From positions 4,116,501 to 4,180,500 of the forward strand of contig MU059953.1 of assembly GCA_013265495.1 (NCBI GenBank): 64,000 nucleotides of DNA, in the 5' to 3' direction. The notes beneath the pieces were generated by a model. It searched no databases. It was given only the letters and a program-made list of their open reading frames with translations, and was not told where the DNA came from. Shown in pieces: positions 22,295 through 32,400 of the stretch; the first letter of the stretch is position 1; each line of letters opens with the position of its first letter. The stretch comes from Vicugna vicugna (taxonomy: Eukaryota). The position numbers were made by a program, and so were the translations under genes.

Positions 22295-23419
22295 GATGGG
22301 CCGGCAGCCTGCCTTCCTCTGGAAGGGGTTTGGGGTGGTTTGGGTTTGCTCTTCTCTTTGCCTTTTCACCTGCTGAGTAGCAGGTGAGCCTCGCGGCCAG
22401 GCCAGCAGATGCTCAGCGTGCTAGTGGCCACCCTCCAGTCCTGCCCCTGATAGGTTGCTCCTCAGCTGTGGGATTCACCGCTGAGCCCACGAAGCCGTCC
22501 CAGCTCTCTCAGCTGGGGTCGCTCTGCTCGGTCTTCCCTTGGGCACCTGTGATACCAGCCAGTGTTTCCCATCGGCTCCCCTTCCAGTGTCCTCCCAGTT
22601 GCTTGGATGTCCAGTTCCTCCGTTCCTCTGTGCCGGTGGCTCTGGCCATGTCCTGAGCCTCGGTCTGCCCTCCACTGGTCCTGCCTCAGTTCCTTGAAGT
22701 GACCTCAGGCCATGCCCCTTCACCTCTCCAGCCGTCCTTCCCCATCTGTGAAGTGGGCGAGAAGGTGGGGGTTGGAGAGAACAGGATTCGATGAGCAAGA
22801 GGCCTTCCTGGCAGACCAGACTGCCTCCCGAATTCTTTGGGTCGGGGAGGTGGCTCCACACTGACGTGCATACTGGTCACATGCAGCCACCTGCTGACAG
22901 ACGTGTGTTCTGCTGCCATGCTATGCTAGTGCCCCACCCCCACCCCAGGCTCCAGAGGTCCTGGTCCCCAAAAGGAAGGCCCTGTGTGGGGCTCCTGGCT
23001 TCCAGCTGACCTGCACCCTCCCCCAGGGCACAAGGCCCGAGGCAGCGGCAGGGCCCCCACCTGCAGGCTTAGGAAAGCAGGGCCATAAGGAGCATTTTCA
23101 AGAAAAGTAGTGGCAGAAGGGGGCTCTGAGCAGAGGGCGCCGGCACCTCGCCCTCAAAAGTGAGCTGCTGGACCCAGAGGAGAACGCATGGTAGGGGTAG
23201 GAGGGGTAGGAGGGGTAGGAGCACACAGGATGGAAGGCAATGAGGTGTGGCCACTTTCTGTGGTCACTGGATGTCACACCCACCCCCTTCTCCACAAGGA
23301 ACAAAGGAAGGAGATAGCTGCTCCCCCAGAAGGCCTCCGGGTGCAGCAGAGCGTCCGCGAGCAGGGTGCTGGGGACAGACCTTGAAGGGCTGGCTGAGGG
23401 ATGGGGCTTATGTCCATGG

Positions 23420-23817
23420 CAGCCAGGAGGCTGAGCCCCCACCCAGGTTGTGGCGCCCGAAGACAGCTGGCTTGGAGCCCGGGGGGCTCTGGAAGAGAGG
23501 TGTCTTGCAGCTGTGCCATGGCCCCAACAGGCAGTGTGTGGGGAAGAGGCTTCAGGAATCTTCCACAAGCCGCTGCCTCCCTGCCTCCAGCCCCCTTGGG
23601 ACAGGGGCCTCTTACAGTGTCCCCACCAGCGTGCAGAGCCTGGAGGGTGACAGGCAAGTTGTGAGATGGGCTGGTCCGGCTGAGGATAGGTCCCGAGGCA
23701 GAACCATCCCCTAAAGCGCTCTCAGAGCCATGGAACTGTGCGGGATAATCAACATTTGTTGTTTTAAGAGACTAGATTTGGGGGTCATTTCCTATGCAGC
23801 AGCAGGTAACTAATACA
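23420..23817 (-). mobile_element. MLT1-type MaLR LTR remnant
   Basis: Minus strand begins TGTATTAGTTACCTGCTGCTGCATAGGAAATGACCCCCAAATCTAG...TTAAAACAACAAATG, like an MLT1 5' end; inner boundary approximate. Confidence 0.65.
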
Positions 23818-23829
23818 AGAGACTAGAAA

Positions 23830-24150
23830 ATTTTCAGCAGAAGCGTAACGAAGAGACTTACGCTTCAGATGGGAAGACGTCATAATTACAGAACAGTAGT
23901 CCGTCAAACAGGCGGTTCTAGCCCCAGAATATGGTCGCTCGGATCAGTAGACCAGAACAGAGAACGCTGAGACACTTCACACAGAACACGTCGCCCTTGA
24001 GATAGAGGCGTCGCGGTAAATCTGAGGAGGGAGGGAATTGTCGGTAATAGCGCCGACAGAGTTGGTAACTGTTGTGGGGAAAGAAGTATGACCCAAATAA
24101 ACCCCAAGTGGAATAAGAGACACTGTGAGCAAGTAGATCCGTGAAACGCC
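23830..24150 (+). mobile_element. Highly diverged L1M ORF2 fragment
   Basis: GATGGGAAGACGTCA...TAGACCAGAACAGAG...CCCCAAGTGGAATAAGAGAC parallels the L1M ORF2 3' consensus as recalled. Confidence 0.45.
24096..24101 (+). terminator. ESPNL: Candidate ESPNL polyadenylation signal
   Basis: First AATAAA I found downstream of the ESPNL stop (about 1.8 kb); usage unverified. Confidence 0.35.
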
Positions 24151-25080
24151 CGCCTGGGGTGGGCAGGTCCGCCTGCAGGAGGGCCTCACGGAGTGAAGGC
24201 GCCAGGCCACGTGCAGGGACGGCTTTACCTCCTGCTGGCGGCGAAGCTGGACGCCCCTCTGGAGCGCGCATCGAGAGGGAAGATCGTGTACTTTACCTTG
24301 GCAGTGTCACTCTCCGACTCTGTCCTGGGGGGGACATCAGGTGACACTGTACTAGGTGTCATAGTCCAAAATGGCATGTCCAGTAATAGAAGTGACTGGA
24401 TGTCACTTCCACCTTCTTAAAATGTGATATGTCCGTTATGATGAAATGAAAAATAGTTTTTTTTCAGAGACTAATCACATCAGCAGTGCTCGAGGTGGAA
24501 TTTCAAGTGATGCAACCGCACACAAAGCTCGCTGAGAGCAGTGACTGGAGGAAGACAGAGGGATCGTCTTCCACCAGCGGAATTTGCTACTTCATGTTTT
24601 CCTGTGTTTTCCAAATTTTCCACAATGAACATGTGTTATTTTTATCATCGTGAAAAGAAACCAGCAGCGTATTTTTTACAAACGGCACCACTCAGTAGCA
24701 ATCTGACCATGAGGATCTGTTGAGCCCCTGGTTTCGAGTTTCCCAATCTGACCTGTCATCCGAGGCCTTGGGTCCCCGAGGGCCTCCATTCTTGGCGCAC
24801 TGGGCTGAGCCCAAGGGGAGGCAGCTCCCTGTGACAGTGGCCTGTCATCAGAGTCCCCTGTCCTCAATTCCTCCAGGCCATGCATTAACCCTTCATGTTC
24901 TGCCTGCAAACGATTTGGGGAGCTGGAGGCAAGACCAAGGCCTCTGTCCCCCTACAGCGCCCTCACCAGGACGGCCCTGGACACCTTGGGAGCTGGGGAC
25001 ATCCATGAGGCCTGCGAGTGAGATTGATACCCAAGGCTGGAGGGAGAGTCCTGGGACTCTCTGGGGCAGGGGCAGGGCCT

Positions 25081-25175
25081 TGGGCTGGGCTGGGCTGGGT
25101 TTGACTGGGCTGAGCTGAGCTGGGCTGAGCTGAGCTGAGTTGAACTGAACTGGGCTGGGCTGGGCTGGGCTGAGC
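25081..25175. repeat. Pentamer tandem repeat (TGGGC/TGAGC/TGAAC)n
   Basis: About 19 in-phase 5-mers read directly. Confidence 0.9.
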
Positions 25176-26562
25176 AGGGTTGGGGAGGGAAGCATGGAAT
25201 CAGGAATCCTGTGTGGGAGCAGGGTGTGGGAGCGTCTTGTGGGCATGCGCAGAGCTGGGCAGTCACTGCAGTTATGTGGGTAACGGCCGTGCTCTCAGCC
25301 TCAGCTAGGCTGCATACATCATGAGAGCGGAGTCTGTGGTTTCCAGCTCACACCCAGCACCCCGACAGGTAGTGGGGCCAGCAACTCTGCTGGCAGGGCA
25401 GGAGCCATCTGTCCCGGATCTGAGTTGTCATGACACTCAGATCCCCTTAGAGATCCCACTTAGAGAAGTGCCCTAACCCGGCCAGGAGCAAGGGCTGTCT
25501 CCCGGGGGCCCCCAGGCCTCTCTGCACTGTCCATGCCTCAAGCCAATCCTTGGTGGGTGTTGGGAGGCCTCTATCAGACTGGCCCTCCCTGACTCTTCCT
25601 CGTCCCAGCCCTCCTGGAATGGCTGCGTTAGTGAAGCCCAGGAGGGTGCAGGGAGGCGGGGCTGACCGCTGGGGGCCCCGGCCACGCAGGCTGCAGGCTG
25701 CTCTCCTGCGGAACCGCACGCCCCGGGCTGGGAGGCTTTCCGCTGACGATGGGCGGACGTGATGTCCAGAGACGCCCTCTCAGGGCCCCCGGGCTCAACC
25801 CCCAGACTGAGGGCCTGTGGCTCCCGGGCCTGGCTGAGACCCAGACGGGTGGGATTCCCCAGTGACCTGAGGAACCCAGCCCTCTGGGGCGGCCGCGAGC
25901 CACCATTGCTGTATTTTTAGGCAATCCCGTTTCTTGGCCATCATTCACACTCACGACTAACAAAGACACCAGAGCAAGCCCAGGGCCAGGGCCGTGTTAT
26001 GAGGGGACAGAGCCTGGGGCCCCATGTCCCTGTCACCAGCCTGGTGGGCACCTCCCCAGGTCCCTCCTTTACCAACAAGACTCCCCACCACCAAGGACCC
26101 CAGGTTTTGAAAGTCCTTGCTGAGCAACACTCATTTCTTCACGATAATCACTTTTTTCCTGACTCGACGGAGAGTAAGAAGCCGCATGGGCATCTGTCAG
26201 TAACCACAGGGAAGCTGGTACTTGCTGGGTCCTCATGACACCCAGGCCCTGAACTGGAGGCTCCCTGTGGCCCCCGAGTCCCCCAGCTCAGGCTTCACTG
26301 TCCTCCTCTTGCAGATGAAGAAACACAAATGGGGGTTGCACCCCCACCCCCTCAGGCCAACAGCACGGGGAGGGGGTGGGCCCAGACGCGCCCCTGCCCT
26401 GGAATGCTTCCTGGCGTCTGTCCCGGCCTGGGGTCACAGGGGCTCCAGGCATCCCGCTGGGACGCGGGCTGTGTGGGCGCTCAGGAAGGACAGCCGGGGA
26501 GGAGCCGTCACCGCTCTCCTTCCCCCACAGGCCACCCCCGCTTCCCCCGCTGCTGACAGGGG

Positions 26563-26706
26563 CTAAAAATACCCCTCCGTCCCCACGTGGCCACACAGCC
26601 CAGCCCAGCCCGGCCCGGCCCGGCAGGCCCTCTGTGCCCCTCACTGGCTGGGCAGTCCTGTTCTCCGGCCCGAGTTCTGAGAGGAGATCCAGGTGCCGAC
26701 TGAGAG
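26563..26706 (+). promoter_or_regulatory. KLHL30: Probable KLHL30 promoter and non-coding exon 1
   Basis: MEF2-like CTAAAAATAC 26563-26572, E-box CACGTG 26584-26589, GC-rich leader with no ATG, donor GAG|GTAGGG at 26707; acceptor of the first coding exon at 28591. Confidence 0.5.
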
Positions 26707-28647
26707 GTAGGGTCCAGGGGGACAGACGGGATGGGGAGGGGAGGATGGGGGGCAGGGGCCAGCAGGAGAGGGTGGGTTATAGTGGAACAGCCCAGTGGGC
26801 TTGGAGATCCCAGCGCTGGGTGCTTTGAAGAGAGACTCCCCCCTACCAGACACTGGACAAGCCAGGCCCCTCGGGATGGGGTGGGCGTCAGTGAGTCTGC
26901 TTCTTTCCACGTCCTGGCTGAAGAAGGTCGGAGGACGGGGGTGGTGGGGAGGCTGGACTACACCCCTGACCAGAGCCAAGGCCACAGCATCCAGCCCCAG
27001 GCCAGAGCTGGGTTAAGGCCCTCGGTTGTCCTCCCCACTGTGTCCTCCACACTCATGACCGGGCAGACACTGGGAGGGGGCTCTGAGACCCTCTGGGAGC
27101 CCCTGCCTGCCCCAGGCTTGGACTGCCAGGTGGCAGGTGTCAGCAGACCACCTGAGGCCCCACTGGAAGGTGGCCGGGCACTCCTGCCCGCTGGCCTCCA
27201 TCACCGCAGCAGCTGGCCAACCAGAACACAACCATGCTGGGAATGTGGGCGGCGGGGTCGGGGGTGGGGGCGGTGGCCGCCTGACTCATCTCCCGGGCTC
27301 TCCTGGGAGTGCAGAGCTGCCTCCACCCTGGCCAGAGGGCCTTGCGGGAGGGGGTCAGGCCGGATAGACGCTGGCCAGGGCCCCCCCCCAGCCAGTCCTG
27401 TCCAGGCAGAGCCCAGCCGGGTCCTTTGGCCCCGAGGCGGGCTCCCTGGGTGCATCCCTGCTCCAGGTCACACCACTGGCACGCTCGCCTCTGGGCGTCC
27501 GCGGCTACGGGTCTCCTTACAGGGCTTCGCGCCTTGGCGGCACTTACTTCACCGGCGTTTCCTCTCCATGACCCCGGGGCCCTTTTCCTTCCCTTTGATG
27601 GCCCCGAGGCGCCCCCTGGTGGACAGACAGCTCCCCTGGGTGCAGCTTTTTGCTGTGTGGTGACTCAGGGTGAAAGCATCTGAGCAGGACTTTTCTGTCT
27701 TTGGGGAGGTTTTCTTAGGGCAAAATATCACAAGATCATTTAAAAATACACAAAGTTAAATAAGCCCAGAAGGGGATTTGCTGAACTGCCCTCCAGAAAG
27801 TTTCCTCTGCTTGCTTGTCTTTACCAGTCTCCACCAAGTGACATTTAGCCTGGGGGTTCAAGGCCGGGCCCCCACACCTGGCTCCCCCACATCTGAACTG
27901 TGTGGTCTCAGACAAGGGACTTGAGCCTTTTTTGCCTCTGTGTCCCCGCCTGTAAAAGAGACTCCAACAGCACCCAGCTCACAGGGCTGCCGTGAGGGCT
28001 GAGGGGTGAGAACGTGGCAAAGCTGGGGAGGGGGGGTGCAGTCCTACCCCTAACCCTTTCATTGCCAGCCTCTCCATTTGCAGGTGAGAAACAGGGACCA
28101 GAGAGGGGCATGGCTCACCAAAGGTCACCCAGCGAGGTCGTGGCAGACAAGATTCCATGTAACCATGGACAGCAAGGCTCTGTGGGGCAGGAGACTTCAA
28201 ATGCCAAAACCCTCCCCAGCAACGTGGGGCCTGGGTGCAGAGGAGGCCACTGGGGGGTGGGGGCTGCAGGATCTCCACACTCTGGGGGTCTGTTCTGCAT
28301 GGTCCAGAGTTGTAGCGAGGCTGAGGCTTGGGTTCTCTTGCTGGCTCCAGATAGGTCTCCTGGCCTCTCTGAGCCTGAGGCACCTCATTGTTAACATAGG
28401 AAAGACACTGCTGGCCCCCCAGGACTGTGGGGCTGGTTTAGATAAGATGCTTGGAAAAGAGCTTTGCACAGAGTTGATGCTCATCCAGGGCTTGTTAGGG
28501 ATGGAAAGGATGATGGACAGATGGTCAGACAGATGGGTGACTTGGAAAGAAGGGACCATCTCCCCAGCTGACCTAGCTCTCTTCTCTCTAGGACCCAGAG
28601 CGGATGTCAGCCCTTTGTCCCCGTGAGTGCGTGGGCCACACGCAGTC

Positions 28648-29421
28648 ATGGTGCGGAACGTGGATGACCTGGACTTCCACCTGCCCTCGCATGCCCAGGA
28701 CATGCTGGATGGCCTGCAGCGGCTGCGCTCCCAGCCCAAGCTGGCTGATGTCACGCTGCTGGTGGGTGGCCGGGAGCTACCTTGCCACCGGGGCCTCCTG
28801 GCACTGAGCAGCCCCTACTTCCATGCCATGTTTGCAGGCAACTTTGCCGAGAGCTTCTCGGCCCGCGTGGAGCTGCGGGACGTGGAGCCCGCCATGGTGG
28901 GGCAGCTGGTGGACTTCGTGTACACCGGCCGGCTGACCATCACCCAGGCCAACGTGGAGGCGCTGACCCGCACAGCCACGCGCCTGCACTTCCCCACCGT
29001 GCAGAAGGTCTGCGGCCGCTACCTGCAGCAGCAGCTGGACGCCACCAACTGCCTGGGCATCTGTGAGTTTGGGGAGCAGCAGGGGCTGCTAGGCGTGGCT
29101 GCCAAGGCCTGGGCCTTCCTGCGGGAGAACTTTGAGGCTGTGGCCCATGAGGACGAGTTCCTGCAGCTGTCCCAGGAGCGTCTGGCCACCTGTCTGGCCA
29201 GCGACCTGCTGCAGGTGCAGCCGGAGCAAAGTCGGTTGGAGGCCCTGCTGCGCTGGGTGCGCCACGACCCCCAGGCCCGGGCCGCCCGCCTGCCGGAGCT
29301 GCTCAGCCTAGTGCAGCTGGACGCCGTGCCCAGGCCCTGCGTGCAGCAGCTGCTGGCCACAGAGCCGTTGATCCAGGAGTCAGAGGCCTGTCGGCAGGCC
29401 CTATCCCAAGGCCACGAGGGG
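28648..29421 (+). CDS. KLHL30: KLHL30 first coding exon (BTB and BACK)
   Basis: gtcATGG start; exon begins 28592 after ctctag; donor GTGAGT at 29422. Confidence 0.96.
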
Positions 29422-32400
29422 GTGAGTGACAGGCAGGGAGCAGGGAGAGGAGCCCTGGAGACCCCACCTACATGGAGACAGACAGTACGAAGTGGGCATC
29501 CCCAAGGTGTCCCCAACCTTGCATCTCTGCCTCCCTTGGGCCCGTTACCCATGAGGGTGCCGCAGTTCACCCCTCAAGTACAGATTGTGCCCCTTTGTGG
29601 GCCACACCCTGGATGTGAGAGGAGGGGGAACCCAGAATTGACCATTCCCAAGCCCTGTCTTGAAGGAGCCCACAGCTCGGAGGGGACAAACCGGGACACA
29701 CACCTAAGGCAGCATGACAAAGGCTGGCACTGGACTAGGGGCATCCTCAGAGGAGCGAGCAGTCAGGGAGAGCTCTCTAGAGGAGGCAACATCTGAGCCG
29801 GGCTTTAGAGGAAGGATAGGAGCTTGGCAGGAGGGAAAATAACCCAGGTCAATGGCACAGCATGTGCACAGGCAAGGAGCAAGGGTGGGCATGGCAGCCA
29901 GCCACCACTTGCCCCTTAGGAAGCTACTCAAGTGTTTACGGGGAGCAATTTCCTTCTGTGCTGCCAGGGGGCCTGGTGGGCGGGGCAGGTCCTGACGAAG
30001 TGACGGGCCAGGGTGTGGCTGAGCCGGAGCCGGAGTCTGAGCTGCCAGGCCGCCTGCTCATCGCCTTGCTCTGAAGGTCTTCTCAGGAGCCAAGGCTGGA
30101 GACAAAGATGTGGCTCAGGCTGGTGGTGGGGTGTGTGGTGACAGATACTCTGCTGCACTGCCAGGCACCACCGGGAACCGCCAGGCACAAAGCTGGGGTC
30201 TCCGCCCATAGGTAGTTTCCCTGTAATTGCTGGTGGCAGGAGGTCTGGATGGACATTGGAGGGCAGGTCATAAAGGTGGTGGACCCCGGGGTCTGGGGAG
30301 CTCTGGACAGTGGCTACTTACTCACCAAGGTGGAAACATTCTAGCATTTCCTGCAGGGCCCGGGGCATCCTAATGTGACCTTGCTACATGCTGGCCCAGG
30401 GGAGCTGGACTCCCAGCGGGGCAGGGGGTACTTATATGGAGAATTGGGGACAGAATCTGGGGGGTGGTTCCAAAGATGATGCAAGAACACCTCCAAAAGG
30501 CATGTGGGAACCGATGGGATGGGAGCAGTTCTCATGCTCGGGCACACAAGGACCTGCTGTCCCCTCTCCCCCAGGTCTGAGCACCGGCTGCCACCACTGC
30601 CCACGGCACTATGGTATGTGCACGTGTGCGTGTGCATGCATGTTCACGCACAGACACACACGGGCGTGCACATACTGAGGCCACCCTAGACATGTGCACT
30701 GACACTGGGCCATATTGGGGGACCCACAGCCACCCACAAACGCCCAGGCCACCAGCTGACTCAGAAAACACCACGGAGGCCTGCCAGCACCCGGGCCCCT
30801 CAGCCCGAGGGAGACAGCCGCCCTGCCCCTCTGACCCCTGCCCTCCCTGCCCCACAGGCGCTGCTGGTCCTCCCGCAGAAGCTGGAGGAGGTTCTGGTAG
30901 TGGTGGGCGGGCGGGCGCTGGAGGAGGAGGAGGAGGGCGCCGAGGAGCTCAGCCCCCACCCCGGGAACTTCGCCTTCTACAACACCAGGGCCAGTGAGTA
31001 CCCCCTCCCCACCCCGGGGCTCGGGCCCAGCCACTCCGCATCCAAGATGAGCTGCGTCCACCTTCCTCGTGGGGGGTGGGGGCTGCAGAGGAGCCTGGGG
31101 CGCCAGCATGGGGGAGGCTGACTGTGGGGCACTGAGGCCCCCCCTCTTCCAGCCACAGCCCTGACTTTGGTTTTTGCCCTGGGGCCCCAAGTAAAGGGCT
31201 TGGCTGCCCAGATTGCAGCCCGTGGGGAGGTGGCCACCGGCCCCTGGGTGGGATGGCAGCCTGGCCGGCTGCCTCCTCTTGGTGCTCCTGTCCTGTGTGC
31301 CCGGTGGAACCATGGCCCCAGGGGAAGCACAGGGGCCTGGGGTGCAGGCAGACTGGGGGTGGGAGCTCAGGGTCTGAGTCAGCCCAGTGGGGTTCTGGTT
31401 CCAGACTTTGAGCATTCACATCACCTCCTTGAGCATCAGTTTCCTCATCTGAGAAATGGCCTTTGTAATGAGGAGCCTACGGGAAGAGGGGCCAGTCCTG
31501 CCATGTCGATGTGGCCTCTCCTGCCCTGGGGACTCCGTCACACTCTGTCCTGGGAAAGGAGGGCTGAGAGGGCGGCAGGGCTGTGGCGAGGCCACACTGG
31601 CCCCGGGAAGCTCTTTGGAAAGCACGGATAGGCTGGGTGCTATTCTGGGGCAGCTGGGCCAGTGGCCTCCACCCCCGTGGCGTCAGTGGCTGGCAAGCTC
31701 CAGGAAGTCCGAGGCTGGCTGTCCCCCTAGCTCAGGAACTGACGAGAGGGGATTTGGGGGCTGACGTCAGGAGATGAGCTTGGGAGCAGCTGTCCCTCAG
31801 ACCCCAAGGGGAGGGCAGCAGGGGGACCCTGGCAGGCGATGGCCTGGTGACCACTGGGCAGTCCCCACCCTGTGGTGACACAGACATGAGTCAGGGGGAC
31901 ACGCAGTCCCAGCCCAGTGGGCAGGCACCCAGCGAGGCCTGGATTCCAACTGTCCTGAAAATGGCCATGAACAGTAAACAGTCTTCCTGGGGCATCCCCT
32001 AGGCCCAGGTCTCTCTCACAGCCTTCCGCAAACGCCCAAAATGTGTCTGCTTGTAGGGTTTAAACACTCCCATGTTTATGGTCTCATTTTGAGTGTTTTA
32101 AAGCACTGTCTCCTCTCTTGCTTCAGTTTACTTCATGCACCTCCAAGAAGGCAGGTACAACACAGGCACATCCCTCTGTCCTCACATTAGGGACAATAAT
32201 TTTAACAGCCACCGTCTGCTGAGAAGCTGCCGTGTGACAAACACGTCTCCTACGTCCCCACACCCCCGAGAGGTGGGAATTACCCTCATTCTACAGATGA
32301 GGAAACTGAGGCTGGGGTTTGTCGAGGGCTGGACCGTGGGTGCAGGAGATCTGGGATCTGCCTGCTGCAAGTCAGGGTCTGAACCCCTCCCACTGCCCAT

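Noticed and set aside
20512-22369. Long antisense ORFs of 329 and 371 aa
   Set aside because: They are shadows of the GC-rich ESPNL exon 9 coding strand and show no recognisable domain
28627-29796. 389-aa ORF as a single-exon BTB protein
   Set aside because: It is the first KLHL30 coding exon plus intron read-through; a consensus donor sits at 29422
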